Source of the DNA: Polyangia bacterium
GTDB taxonomy: Bacteria > Myxococcota_A > Polyangia > HGW-17
DNA: 63,113 bases
Assembly: GCA_041686345.1 (NCBI GenBank)
Contig: JAWLEA010000005.1
Span: 1 to 63,113 of the forward strand
Reading direction: 5' to 3'
Shown piece after piece: positions 40,451 through 51,338 of the stretch (position 1 is its first letter; each line of letters opens with the position of its first letter). The notes under the pieces were generated by a model. That model ran no database searches, was not told where the DNA came from, and saw only the letters and a program-made list of their open reading frames with translations. Both the position numbers and the translations under genes were made by a program.

Positions 40451-41764
40451 ATGTTGAAAAAAGCATTGATTTTCATGGTTATTGTTGCAGCCTCCATCAC
40501 CAGTTTCACCAAGATGGCAATGGCTGAAGATAAAAAGAGAGTAGTTCTTTTGCCTTTTGACTCAGGTAAAAATAAAAAGGGAACTTATAAAATTCGCACC
40601 TTTATCAAAAATCTACTCAAATCCAACTTCGACTACCTGGTTAAAAAAGATATCAAAGAAGCCGAAGGTGAAATTGATTTTTACAATATCAAGCCCCCCA
40701 AAATAAAGGATATCTGCGCCAAGTTCGGAGTCACCGCCTTTATTAGCGGTAAAATGGTTCGTAAAAGCAGGCGCAAATATATCTTCACTTCCATCATCTA
40801 CTCCTGGGAAGAAGGCAAACCAATTTTTGAGAAAGAATTTGTCCTTAGAAGATATCTACCCACCCAAAAAGATCTTGAAAAGATCGCCATGGCAACCCTG
40901 AAAAAACTGCTGGCTATGCAACAATTCAAACAAGAAGAAGAAAAAAAAGAGCCTCAACCTGAAAAAGTTGAAACTGAAACTAAAGACGAAGAAGACGAAA
41001 AACTGGAAGACCCCATTGATGAACCGATTGTCAAAAAGAAATTCATGACCAACAAACTTGGTTATGCTCCATTCAGTGCTAAACTTTCCCTTGGATTTAT
41101 TCAGCGTAATCTTGATTTTGAACCTGCTACCGAACCCTATTACAAAACAACCTCTCCGAGTTTTTCTCCCTTTTTGTCATTTGAAGTATATCCTGGCGCT
41201 TTTTCCAAACCCGAAAGCATAATTGCTCACTTTGGTCTTATTCTGGATGCTTTTTATCTTCCTGGTTTTAAATCATATCCCCACGACGACGATAACAACA
41301 AAATCAACACCATGGTTTATAATTTTGGAGCATCCCTTGTCTATTTGCACCAGCTCAATCAGAATTTATTTTTAAAACCGTTCCTGGGATTTGGCATGCG
41401 AGAATGGAGCTTTGAACAAGAAGATACTCTTGATGTTCCAAGTGTTTCTTATTCTTACCTCAGAACCGGTACCATGATCGGATTTAAGATCAGCGATAAA
41501 GCCCAGGTGGAAGGTAAACTGGCTATCCTCCTTCCTTTGGATGCCGGAGAAGTAGTTGAAGGTGATTATTACGGTCAGGCTTCATTATGGGGCATTCAGA
41601 CCAGTGTTGGCTTTTCCTATAAAATTCTCAAACATTTGGCTTTAACTGCAGATTTTGAATACAATAACTTCAGTTTCAGTTTTGATAAATCAGGATACAG
41701 AACTGCCGACAGTGCCTCCGATCAATACATTATTTTCACTATCGGCGGAAAATATTCTTTCTAG
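40451..41764 (+). CDS. Outer-membrane beta-barrel protein with N-terminal periplasmic domain
   Basis: Signal peptide, acidic linker, amphipathic strands, C-terminal GGKYSF. Confidence 0.7.
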   Translation: MLKKALIFMVIVAASITSFTKMAMAEDKKRVVLLPFDSGKNKKGTYKIRTFIKNLLKSNFDYLVKKDIKEAEGEIDFYNIKPPKIKDICAKFGVTAFISGKMVRKSRRKYIFTSIIYSWEEGKPIFEKEFVLRRYLPTQKDLEKIAMATLKKLLAMQQFKQEEEKKEPQPEKVETETKDEEDEKLEDPIDEPIVKKKFMTNKLGYAPFSAKLSLGFIQRNLDFEPATEPYYKTTSPSFSPFLSFEVYPGAFSKPESIIAHFGLILDAFYLPGFKSYPHDDDNNKINTMVYNFGASLVYLHQLNQNLFLKPFLGFGMREWSFEQEDTLDVPSVSYSYLRTGTMIGFKISDKAQVEGKLAILLPLDAGEVVEGDYYGQASLWGIQTSVGFSYKILKHLALTADFEYNNFSFSFDKSGYRTADSASDQYIIFTIGGKYSF

Positions 41765-41939
41765 AATTAAACTTGAACGGGGCTGAATCCTCAACAACCA
41801 AATTTTGACAACTCATGGCTTAAATCTTTCATTTGAAATCACAGGTAAAAAGGGTAAAACAAACAAATAAACTCAGTATTCAACAACAGCTTTTATTTGA
41901 GTTGTTTTCCCCAACCATTATTTCTATTTTGAGGATCAT

Positions 41940-42971
41940 ATGAATAAAGAAAAGCAGCAACAACCTCCCGAACAGGATAATAACGATTCTGTAGGTCCTT
42001 TCACCTTTGAGGAATTTGAACTGGTGGAAGATATCATGGAGGTACTTTCCAATACCATTAATCCTCAAAATGTAATCCATATCAGTTATATAACTGAAAA
42101 ATTCAACAGAATAAGAAGATTTCACTCTCTGGCTCTTGATAAATCAGATAATCATCCTGAATTCAAATGTGAAATTTACGATGATCATGACCTGATTGAA
42201 AATTTAATTAACATCAATCCTCATGATTTTGAACTGCGCCTTCCCACCAGAACAATTTTTGGAAAAACACTGATCGATCTCGAAATCAGTTTTTGGGGAT
42301 TTATTATCTATTCTCTCGAAATTCTGGCTGACGAAAATAATGAAAAAATCATTGAACATTACAATAAAAAAGTATCCCACCATCTTTCCAAAAGAGTTTA
42401 CAACCGCATGACCGCCGAATTGCTTACCAGTGTGGCCACCAATACCAATATCAAAGATACTACCAGACAACAGGCCATCCGCTATCTGATCACACTCTGG
42501 AAAAAAACAGCCATCGAAGCTATGCGAAACTTTGCTCCTCTGATGGAATCAATTTGGGCAGCCCGAAAAAAAGCAAAGATCGTCATGGGAACAATGATGG
42601 GTATCCAGGAAATGTTTGATATGCAAATTAACGGTGCTACTCCCCATTTCCTCAACTTTATCGCCAGTCATGGTGAAAATGAAGAAATTCAGGCCGCTTT
42701 TCGTGAATTTCTTTTTGGAGCTACCTATGAAGAACTTTGCCGCAAAGATTCCATCCGTAAAGAAAATGGCGTCATCGACAGCAATTCAGTAATTTCTTCC
42801 TTCGATAACAACAAAGTCAACAACTCAACCCTTGAAAACGCACTAGGCATCTATCGCTTTTTCACCAAAAGAAAATTGGAAGCCAAAGCAAGACAGATGA
42901 GCAATTCCCCCGGCCCCAAGAGTACTGCCGAAGAATTTCTTCTCATCTATTTTCTGGAAAAGGGTCTGTAA
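41940..42971 (+). CDS. Hypothetical cytoplasmic protein
   Basis: 343-aa ORF with GAGG RBS; no motif recognised. Confidence 0.7.
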   Translation: MNKEKQQQPPEQDNNDSVGPFTFEEFELVEDIMEVLSNTINPQNVIHISYITEKFNRIRRFHSLALDKSDNHPEFKCEIYDDHDLIENLININPHDFELRLPTRTIFGKTLIDLEISFWGFIIYSLEILADENNEKIIEHYNKKVSHHLSKRVYNRMTAELLTSVATNTNIKDTTRQQAIRYLITLWKKTAIEAMRNFAPLMESIWAARKKAKIVMGTMMGIQEMFDMQINGATPHFLNFIASHGENEEIQAAFREFLFGATYEELCRKDSIRKENGVIDSNSVISSFDNNKVNNSTLENALGIYRFFTKRKLEAKARQMSNSPGPKSTAEEFLLIYFLEKGL

Positions 42972-43341
42972 TTTTTTCCTTTTTCGCCATTTTTTTGATT
43001 ACCAGTTAAAAAAAATCTAAATTCCATAATTCTCTATTGTTGTTTGACTAAACGGTTAAAACAGGTAAAAAGAAGTATCTTAACTGCGGAAATGGTACAT
43101 TTAGCAAAACCTATTTCCGATTTTTTTGGAGATTTCTAAACAAAAAAACCAAAATAGTGTAAAAATTATCCCCTAGTATTACCTGATTGGAAAAATTCGA
43201 TCCACACCTCTGCCAATCTGAAACCGGAAACATCAAACCAGGGGGCTTGAATCAAAAATTGAAACTTTAACTCAACCTTTGGGAATGTTGGATGAACACA
43301 TTCACAATATTCCCGGATAGAAATAATTCTGGAGATCTTTT

Positions 43342-45003
43342 ATGCTTGAAACCTTAACCAATGGATTTCGTTCTGCCCGCCACAAATTGCAGGGAATGAG
43401 CGAAATTAATGAAAAAAATATCAAAAGTGCTCTTCGTGAAGTCAAAATGTCTCTGCTGGAAGCCGATGTTGACTTCAAAGTAACTAAGAACTTCATTAAA
43501 AATGTAAAGGAACAACTTAAAGGTGAAGTAGTCAAAGTTAAAGCCCAAGGGGATAAAAATATAAAGGTAAAACCCGGCGAGCATTTCATCAAAGCCTGTT
43601 ACGATGAACTTGTAAATCTGATGGGTCCGGTGGATCTTTCTCTCGAAATTCCGGAAAAAGGAATAGCCTCCTTCATGATGGTGGGACTTCAGGGTTCAGG
43701 TAAAACCACCACTACAGCTAAACTGGCCAAATATCTGCAAAAAAATCATAAACGCAAACCCTTGCTGGTGGCAGCCGACGTTTATCGACCAGCAGCTATA
43801 GACCAACTCAAAGTTCTGGGAAAACAAACCGGTTTTGAAGTCTACAGCGAAGATGTCAAAGATCCTCCCGGTATTTGTGAGAGAGCAGTAAAATATGCCA
43901 AACTCAACGGTCTTGACACTCTCATTTTTGATACCGCAGGCAGACTCGCTATTGATGAAGTTCTGATGGAAGAACTGATACAAATCAAAAAACGCACCCA
44001 ACCTGATAATATATTTCTGGTCATCGACGCCATGATTGGCCAGGATGCAGTAAAAACAGCCTCTACCTTTGATGATAAATTGGATATTTCAGGTTCCATT
44101 CTCACCAAACTCGATGGCGATGCCAGGGGCGGCAGTGCTCTATCCATAAAAAAAGTCACCGGGAAACCCATAAAATTTCTTGGTATGGGAGAATCACTTG
44201 ATAACCTTGAAGAGTTCAGACCCGAGGGAATGGCAAGCAGAATCCTCGGCATGGGCGATATTGTCGGACTTGTTCAAGACTTTGAAGACGTTGTAGATGC
44301 CGAACAAGCTGAAAAAGACGCCGAAAAAATGCTTAAAGGCAAATTCAATATGAGTGATTTTCTGGAACAGATAAAAACTATTCAGAAAATGGGAAGTCTG
44401 AAAGATCTAATGGAAAAAATGCCTTTTTTCCCGGATGGACTGCCGGATGAGATGAACCTTGACGATTCTGAACTTGTCAGAATTGAAGCCATTATCAACT
44501 CCATGACCAAAACCGAAAAAGATGATCCTGAAACATTGATAAAAAACAGTCGTGAAGTTCAGAGAAACGCCCGTAGAAAACATAAAAAAAATATCAAATT
44601 AAAATTTTACAGTGACCGCACCAAGCGTATAGCCAAAGGATCAGGCACCAAAACCAAAGATGTCGAGGAACTCATCGCCAGATTCATTACCATGAGACAG
44701 GTTATGGCACAACTTGGCCAAAATCAGGGCCTGCTCAGCAAAATACCCGGATTCAAGCAATTGAACCAAATGAAAAAAATGAAGAACATGGATGTCAACG
44801 ATCTTATGTCCTTTGGCCAAATGGGTGATACCCCGCCAGATCTAGATCCCGGTCTTGCCGGCACTCCAGGATTGCCTGGAGCTCCCGGACCAACACCTAC
44901 CAAAGTAAAACTTAGTAAGAAAAAACGAAAAAAACGAAAAAAACGACGTAAGATGGCTAAAAAATCACGAAGAAAAAAAAGAAGAAAGAAAAAGGGCAAG
45001 TAA
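43342..45003 (+). CDS. ffh: Signal recognition particle protein
   Basis: LLEADV, GLQGSGKTTT, DTAGR, TKLDGDARGG, RILGMGD, M domain. Confidence 0.97.
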   Translation: MLETLTNGFRSARHKLQGMSEINEKNIKSALREVKMSLLEADVDFKVTKNFIKNVKEQLKGEVVKVKAQGDKNIKVKPGEHFIKACYDELVNLMGPVDLSLEIPEKGIASFMMVGLQGSGKTTTTAKLAKYLQKNHKRKPLLVAADVYRPAAIDQLKVLGKQTGFEVYSEDVKDPPGICERAVKYAKLNGLDTLIFDTAGRLAIDEVLMEELIQIKKRTQPDNIFLVIDAMIGQDAVKTASTFDDKLDISGSILTKLDGDARGGSALSIKKVTGKPIKFLGMGESLDNLEEFRPEGMASRILGMGDIVGLVQDFEDVVDAEQAEKDAEKMLKGKFNMSDFLEQIKTIQKMGSLKDLMEKMPFFPDGLPDEMNLDDSELVRIEAIINSMTKTEKDDPETLIKNSREVQRNARRKHKKNIKLKFYSDRTKRIAKGSGTKTKDVEELIARFITMRQVMAQLGQNQGLLSKIPGFKQLNQMKKMKNMDVNDLMSFGQMGDTPPDLDPGLAGTPGLPGAPGPTPTKVKLSKKKRKKRKKRRKMAKKSRRKKRRKKKGK

Positions 45004-45040
45004 ATTACCAGATTCCGTCAGTTCTAAAGGAAATTATTAA

Positions 45041-46081
45041 ATGAAGCGATTCAATTTGGTTCTGTTATTTCTTATTTTTTTACTTCCCTCAGGTCTGCAA
45101 GCTCGAAAAATCGAATACAATATTGATTTTACAGGCAGGGCAGGAATAGGGTATCCCCTTGTCAACCGTCTTGATGAAGGGATCAATAAAACCGGAGCAA
45201 ACTTGGGAACAGGAGTCAAATTCACCTTTCCCGGGCTTATCAAAAAACATACCTTGGCAACTTCCACCGAAATTGATGAATCTATCTATTTTGGTACCGC
45301 CCAGGTTCTTGGCTTGGGTCAGTATTTTCACTACCAATTTCTTTCTAATATCGCAGATCGCTCCTTTGATACCGGAATAGGAGCGGGACCTTTTATCTTT
45401 TTTGCTCCCACCCGTGATTCCGATTCTGTCTGGTATGGCTATTCCCTGAAAATTGATGTTCTAACCAAAATCAAAGACAAGTTATGGGGTGGTATTTACT
45501 TGGAATTTAAACAGTTATTTATGCCTGAAGTTAAGGATCCCGCATTTTTTACAGTGGGAATAACTGTATCCTGGAGATTATGGTCATCTTCTCAACCTCC
45601 TCCCTCTTCTTCTCTTTCTGAACCGGATGCAAAACAATCATCCAGCAAACCAAATGAGACTGATAAAGTAAAATCAACTGAAAATATATCAGTCTCCCCT
45701 GAAGATAAAGATGGAGACAAAGTACCAAACAACCAGGATCTTTGTCCTTCAACGAAAAAGGGAAGACAAGTCGATGAAAATGGCTGTCGTCCCATTTCCG
45801 ACGGTATGATCTTCTCGGAACTTGAATTCGACAAAAACTCGGCTCGCCTCAAGCCGGCCGGCGAAAAAGAACTGATTCGCCTGGCAGAAATACTCAAAGC
45901 AAACAAATCAATTCACCTCATTATTGTTATCCATTCTTCCCAAACGCTCCAAGCAAAAAAAAGGGGCGATCTCATTGAATTCAAATTAAAACAATTGCAA
46001 ATAGCTCCGAAACGACTAAGGATTAAAGTAGTTGAAACTGATGAAGAAAAGGTTTTCTTCAACTTCAGACTCAGTCTATAA
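45041..46081 (+). CDS. Outer-membrane protein with thrombospondin-3-like repeat and degenerate OmpA-like domain
   Basis: Signal peptide, barrel-like N-half, DKDGDKVPNNQDLCP...VDENGC, FDKNSARL. Confidence 0.7.
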   Translation: MKRFNLVLLFLIFLLPSGLQARKIEYNIDFTGRAGIGYPLVNRLDEGINKTGANLGTGVKFTFPGLIKKHTLATSTEIDESIYFGTAQVLGLGQYFHYQFLSNIADRSFDTGIGAGPFIFFAPTRDSDSVWYGYSLKIDVLTKIKDKLWGGIYLEFKQLFMPEVKDPAFFTVGITVSWRLWSSSQPPPSSSLSEPDAKQSSSKPNETDKVKSTENISVSPEDKDGDKVPNNQDLCPSTKKGRQVDENGCRPISDGMIFSELEFDKNSARLKPAGEKELIRLAEILKANKSIHLIIVIHSSQTLQAKKRGDLIEFKLKQLQIAPKRLRIKVVETDEEKVFFNFRLSL

Positions 46082-46111
46082 AGATTTTTTGTACTGATTG
46101 AAAGGATAAAT

Positions 46112-46975
46112 ATGAATAAACACGATCTTGCCCTGTGGGGTTGTGGGAAAATTGGACACGCAACAGGTAAGATTATCCGGGAAAAAAATCTTGAATTAAA
46201 ATGGGTTTACGACAAAAATATTGCCAAAGCTGCAATATTTCAAAGGGATTATGAACAGGGTGAACTTTTGCACTGCCCACCGGAAGCTGATTCTTTTCCC
46301 AAAGTTGAAACAGTCATCGATGCTTCGGGTGACAAGCATCTGCTTGCTTATTGGGAAAAAGTTCTTCAATTCAAACGCATAAAGCACGTAATTCTCACTC
46401 GCAGAGAACCTCGGGCCGATAATCATTTCATGGCCGGATTATACAAGCAAAAACCATTCTTCAAAAAAGGTTCACTAACTGCCATGGGAAGTTGTACTGG
46501 AAATTGTCTGGTTCCACTTCTTTCTCATCTTGAAACCAGATTCACCCCGAGAGCTATCAGTTGCCGAATTCTCCATCCTCTGAAACAAAATAAAATCTTC
46601 AGTTTGCGCAACATAAATACAGCGCTTGAGCTTTCTTTACAGGATCACCTGCCCCATCTGTCAAATATTTTCATGGGACAATCAATGGAATTACCTACCA
46701 AACGGGGGATGGCTCTTGATCTGGCTGTCAATTTTAAAAATCCTGTTAAAAAAAAAGAATTGGCAATTTTTTTTCAAGACTTATCGGATAATCATGAATT
46801 TTTCCATAAATCCCAGCAACCTGTGGATTCAGAACTGGTTTTGGACCGACCAGAATCAGCCATTCTTGATAATAATTGGAGATTTACCAATAATCACTTT
46901 CGGGGATTAATCTGGCAAGATAATGAATATGGCTTTTCCTCAAGAATTTATGATTTAATGCAATATCTGGAGTAA
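46112..46975 (+). CDS. Shortened GAPDH-like protein
   Basis: GCGKIG Rossmann motif, VIDASG, GSCTGNC, WQDNEYGFS. Confidence 0.75.
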   Translation: MNKHDLALWGCGKIGHATGKIIREKNLELKWVYDKNIAKAAIFQRDYEQGELLHCPPEADSFPKVETVIDASGDKHLLAYWEKVLQFKRIKHVILTRREPRADNHFMAGLYKQKPFFKKGSLTAMGSCTGNCLVPLLSHLETRFTPRAISCRILHPLKQNKIFSLRNINTALELSLQDHLPHLSNIFMGQSMELPTKRGMALDLAVNFKNPVKKKELAIFFQDLSDNHEFFHKSQQPVDSELVLDRPESAILDNNWRFTNNHFRGLIWQDNEYGFSSRIYDLMQYLE

Positions 46976-46979
46976 AGAC

Positions 46980-49900
46980 ATGGGAAACAACAAAGACAAA
47001 CGGCTTTTATCTGAAAGTGATGCCTGGCAAGCCAATAAATCATCTATCCCCCTTCCTCCAAGCGATTATCCCGAAATTGCCAAATCACTGCTCAAAACCG
47101 TTTCCGATTCATTTGGACTCAGAGACAGACTTGAAAGTTTTTTCAAGGAATACTATCATCCCTTTCCTGATTTTCAGGCAGTTGCCAAAGGTTATCGTTC
47201 TCTGGCTCTGCAAGATGCCTGGGCTTTTCATAATGCCGATAATGCTTCTCAAAATCTCTATGATATCGGTTTGCTGGGAATCAATCTTCTCCAAGAAAAA
47301 ACTGAACTCCATATTAAAGAAAGAATACTTAATGCTCTATTGAGAATGATTTCCAAAGAACTTGCAGCCGACTATCTTTCAGACGAACAGGCTTCTCGTC
47401 TCATCAAACTTTTGCAATTTCCCCTGCAGCAAACTTCCCTTTTCAATGCCAGAGCCTCCACCCGTTTAAAAAGAATGGCCAAAAAAACAGCCAACCCACT
47501 TACCAAACAACAGATTTTTTCTTTATTGAAAGACAGCCTCAGGAGCTGCTGTGAAATCTGGGGTAAAGAGAGAGTTGCAGACTGGATTGAAAATTACCAG
47601 ACAATATCTCTTTTTCACGTTATTCAGGAAATCCTGGATAAGGTTGAAAACTATAAAAAGCAACTGGATACAATTGAAGATAATAATCAACTGCTTTCCC
47701 TGCCCAATTACGAGGAAATTGCGGAAAAATTTCTTGACAAATCACGCAAAGATCATCCCCTTATCCAAAAAATTGAATTAATCCTCAGCCTTTTTGATTT
47801 TAAACCTCTGGAATTTTATAAAAAAGACTTGTTAAATCACCTTACGTTCATTCTGCGCAAATCCGAAATTGCCGAGAAACATGAGAAGGCCCAAACTATC
47901 TTCGGAATGGTTTTTCCTTTTCTAAAAAAACTTGATAACAAACAGTTCTTTGTCACCAATTCCATAATTCTCAATTTGGGTAAGCAGATTATTCCCACTC
48001 AACAAACCAGGACAATAGAACTTTTCTGCCGGCATTTGCTCACTATACCCTTCCCCAAACCGCACTTGGGAGGAGTAGACAACGAATGGCAAACTCGTCG
48101 CAATCCCGCCCATCTTCCCAGATTAAGAACTTACCTGGAATTATTTAAAATCGATCCCCAGAAAGCATCTCTACTTTTGGCCGGATTGCATGTCAACCTG
48201 CGTTGGAGTGGAGTTTTTATCAATGACACCGATTTGTTTCAGTCTGATGTTTCCCGCATGCTCAACTCAGACATCAGACCCGTATACAAACAGGTAAAGC
48301 AAATCTGTAGACTTTTTCCTGTTTTTTTCAAAGAAATTGGGGCTGAAGGCAAATTGCGTTATTCCTCAACTCAGATCGATGAGATCAATAACCGCCAGGA
48401 TCTGCTTATCCACTTTTTTCGCAAACAGATTCATATTGAAAGCAATAACACCCACATCGAATTGGTAAAAAAAATATTCAAAACCTGGACGGACGGCTCC
48501 ATTGATAGATTAGAAGATTATGTACCCGAAGAAGTATGGATTTTCCTCCAAAACGATCAGAGTTTTATCCAAAAAACTAAAGAATCTGTCGAAATTCTGG
48601 CCGGTTCCCTGGGAGTAAAACCTGAAAAAATTCTCAATCTGGATTACGAATTGGTAAAAAATTATTGCGAAGAGGGTGATTTGGACATGAGAATTGCCCA
48701 CCTGAACCGGATCTATAACCTGCTTGTTGCCAAATATGATCTTGATGCAGTAGGTGCTCGGGAGGCCCTGATTTCCACAAGATTCATAGAAAAACAAGAA
48801 GTAATCCAGTTGTACAAAGATATCGACAATCTCGAATTGGATAAAGCTATTGAAAGAGCTTTAAATCTTATTTCAAAATTAAAGGAAATCATTCTGGATC
48901 CTGAAATATCCGAGGGAGAAGAAAGAATCTACAGAAAGAGACACATAGCAGCAGGGATTCCTTCCATGTATGGTGTTTACGAAGAAAGAAAGCTGGAATG
49001 CCTTGGTATTACTTATCGTCTGGAACGTTTAATCTCAATTCTTTTTGAAAAACAGATATCATTTCTTGATCTCGATTATATCACTCGCCCTGCCCTCAGA
49101 AAAATTCACTGGATTCTGGAAAAATTATGCAAAGCTCTTGATCTTGATGGAATTAAAGTACACGAATTGGAATCAGACTTGAACATGCTTGACTCGGCTT
49201 TGAAAAAAGAAGGGTTTAGTATAGGGCAATTTCTGAATATTTTTCAAGTTATCAGTCAGCATGTGCGAGGAATCATCAAAAGATACTTCTATAATTTCCA
49301 CAAAGAAGCCATTACAATTGTTGGCAAAGAAAAACTTAATGAAATTCAAGATATTGAAGCTTTTTCAGAAAAAATTATGAGAGAAATCCTCTCCTCAGCT
49401 TTCGGTATAAGCAAACTTGATTCCTTTTTAAGCCAGATTATCACCACTCTTGGAGATATGCGGTTTAAACTTCCTCCTGAAATTGTCAACCTGGTTCTAT
49501 CTTTCAATGCAGATAAAGCCCTGGTTCCTCTCAATCAAATTCCCAATCATATGAAAAATGCTATCTGGCTTGGTAATAAGGGATACAATCTTGCTCTTCT
49601 GAGAGAATTCGGTGTTAAAGTTCCGGAAGGTTTTGTGGTCACCACCGAGGCTTATCGCTGCCGCAGCGCCATGGAGTCTTATCCCCATATGAAAACAGCC
49701 ATCAGAAGAAGGATTATTTCCGAAATCAGGAGATTGGAAGGTCTTTGTGGTCTAACCCTGGGCAAATGCCAAGATGGTAAACCACCGCTTTTACTGTCAG
49801 TAAGATCTGGATCCGCCGTATCAATGCCTGGTATAATGATGACTTTCCTCAATGTCGGCATGAACAAAGAAATAGCCGAGGAACTGGCAAATTTGCCAAA

Positions 49901-51035
49901 TTATGCCTGGACAACCTGGGATTGTTATCGCCGCATGATTCAAATTTGGGGAATGGCTCACGGAGTCAACCGAGATCTTTTTGATGAAATTATCAATGAC
50001 AAAAAGAAAAAATTCGAGATAAACAGAAAACTTGAATTCAGTCCCGCCAATATGGCTAAACTGGCTGATGAATACATGGAGTTGATAAATCGCCATGAAA
50101 TTTATATTCCTGAAGATCCACTTGAACAAGTCTTTGAAGCCATGGAACTGGTTTTTCAAAGTTGGGAAAGCCCCATGGCTGAAATATATCGCAACCAATT
50201 CGATATTGCCAGTGAATGGGGGACAGCTGTAATTATCCAACGCATGATTCTGGGCAATCTCAATCTGGATTCAGGTACCGGTGTTGCAATGACCCGCACT
50301 AAGAATCGGAACATAGAGCTTTATGGGGATTTCGTTCCTCATTCGCAAGGTGAAGATGTAGTATCCGGCCTGGTTTATCCTTATCCCATATCGGAAAAAG
50401 AAAAACAAAGAAGAGAAGAACAACTTTCTCTGGAAGAAAATTTTTTCCACCATTACAAGCAGATCAAGGAACTGGCTCATAAGCTTGTAGTTGATAACGA
50501 TTATTCAGAACAGGAAATTGAATTCACCTTTGAAGACAGTCAACCGGAAAATCTTTATATTCTCCAACGCAGAAATCTGATCAGCGGACACGGTGAAAAG
50601 CAACCCGTTTTCAAAGATTCGGAATCTCCTGTGGGAATTGGGGTTGGAGCGGGAGGAGGAGCTTATTCAGGCAGAGCTGTCTTCAATCGTGACGGGATTG
50701 ATAAATTACTCAAATCCAAAGATCCCCTCCTGCTGATTCGACCAGATACCGTTCCTGATGATGTGGACATGATTTTCAAATGTGATGGTCTGCTTACCGC
50801 CAGAGGTGGCGTAACCAGCCATGCAGCTGTTACTGCGATCAGACTGGGCAAAGTATGCATCGCCAATTGCCGAAAACTTGCTGTTGATGACAAGCATAAT
50901 CGAGCTAAACTGGGAAATCTTGAAATTAACGAAGGAGACTGGATCTCCATCAATGGCAAAAATGGCTTTATCTTCAAAGGCAAAAAAGAAATTATCCACT
51001 CCACCAACTCCTCCACCATAGTTGAAATGGTTTGA
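46980..51035 (+). CDS. Large PPDK-like dikinase (N-terminal extension, ATP-grasp and phospho-His domains)
   Basis: LGNKG, VPEGF, LLSVRSG..SMPG, QRMILGN, SGTGV, QGEDVVSG, EIEFT, GGVTSHAAV; ends after the His domain. Confidence 0.88.
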   Translation: MGNNKDKRLLSESDAWQANKSSIPLPPSDYPEIAKSLLKTVSDSFGLRDRLESFFKEYYHPFPDFQAVAKGYRSLALQDAWAFHNADNASQNLYDIGLLGINLLQEKTELHIKERILNALLRMISKELAADYLSDEQASRLIKLLQFPLQQTSLFNARASTRLKRMAKKTANPLTKQQIFSLLKDSLRSCCEIWGKERVADWIENYQTISLFHVIQEILDKVENYKKQLDTIEDNNQLLSLPNYEEIAEKFLDKSRKDHPLIQKIELILSLFDFKPLEFYKKDLLNHLTFILRKSEIAEKHEKAQTIFGMVFPFLKKLDNKQFFVTNSIILNLGKQIIPTQQTRTIELFCRHLLTIPFPKPHLGGVDNEWQTRRNPAHLPRLRTYLELFKIDPQKASLLLAGLHVNLRWSGVFINDTDLFQSDVSRMLNSDIRPVYKQVKQICRLFPVFFKEIGAEGKLRYSSTQIDEINNRQDLLIHFFRKQIHIESNNTHIELVKKIFKTWTDGSIDRLEDYVPEEVWIFLQNDQSFIQKTKESVEILAGSLGVKPEKILNLDYELVKNYCEEGDLDMRIAHLNRIYNLLVAKYDLDAVGAREALISTRFIEKQEVIQLYKDIDNLELDKAIERALNLISKLKEIILDPEISEGEERIYRKRHIAAGIPSMYGVYEERKLECLGITYRLERLISILFEKQISFLDLDYITRPALRKIHWILEKLCKALDLDGIKVHELESDLNMLDSALKKEGFSIGQFLNIFQVISQHVRGIIKRYFYNFHKEAITIVGKEKLNEIQDIEAFSEKIMREILSSAFGISKLDSFLSQIITTLGDMRFKLPPEIVNLVLSFNADKALVPLNQIPNHMKNAIWLGNKGYNLALLREFGVKVPEGFVVTTEAYRCRSAMESYPHMKTAIRRRIISEIRRLEGLCGLTLGKCQDGKPPLLLSVRSGSAVSMPGIMMTFLNVGMNKEIAEELANLPNYAWTTWDCYRRMIQIWGMAHGVNRDLFDEIINDKKKKFEINRKLEFSPANMAKLADEYMELINRHEIYIPEDPLEQVFEAMELVFQSWESPMAEIYRNQFDIASEWGTAVIIQRMILGNLNLDSGTGVAMTRTKNRNIELYGDFVPHSQGEDVVSGLVYPYPISEKEKQRREEQLSLEENFFHHYKQIKELAHKLVVDNDYSEQEIEFTFEDSQPENLYILQRRNLISGHGEKQPVFKDSESPVGIGVGAGGGAYSGRAVFNRDGIDKLLKSKDPLLLIRPDTVPDDVDMIFKCDGLLTARGGVTSHAAVTAIRLGKVCIANCRKLAVDDKHNRAKLGNLEINEGDWISINGKNGFIFKGKKEIIHSTNSSTIVEMV

Positions 51036-51338
51036 TTGACAAACTCTCGTTTCTGAATAACTCCATTTTGAAAACTCAGCTTGACTTGAATCATTTTTGT
51101 CAATATCGTCTTTATATTCAGATATTTTAATTTTTTTGGCAAATTCATTGACCGGCTCCCAACGGATCCATCTTATAATCAGATTTTTCTCAAATTTGGT
51201 AAAATCATTTAACCAATGAAAAACTAATGTTCGCTCAAATTAATAGTTGAATGCTTTTCAAGTTTTCAACCCAAACCTTGGTCTTTTCGAAATGGCTATC
51301 CCTGTTAAAATCTACAAAATCAATCTTAGGAGGTCTTA

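Noticed and set aside
43080-43250. Possible structured RNA or SRP RNA upstream of ffh
   Set aside because: Only short stems (GATTGG/CCAATC); no SRP domain IV CAGG..GNRA..AGCA motif found
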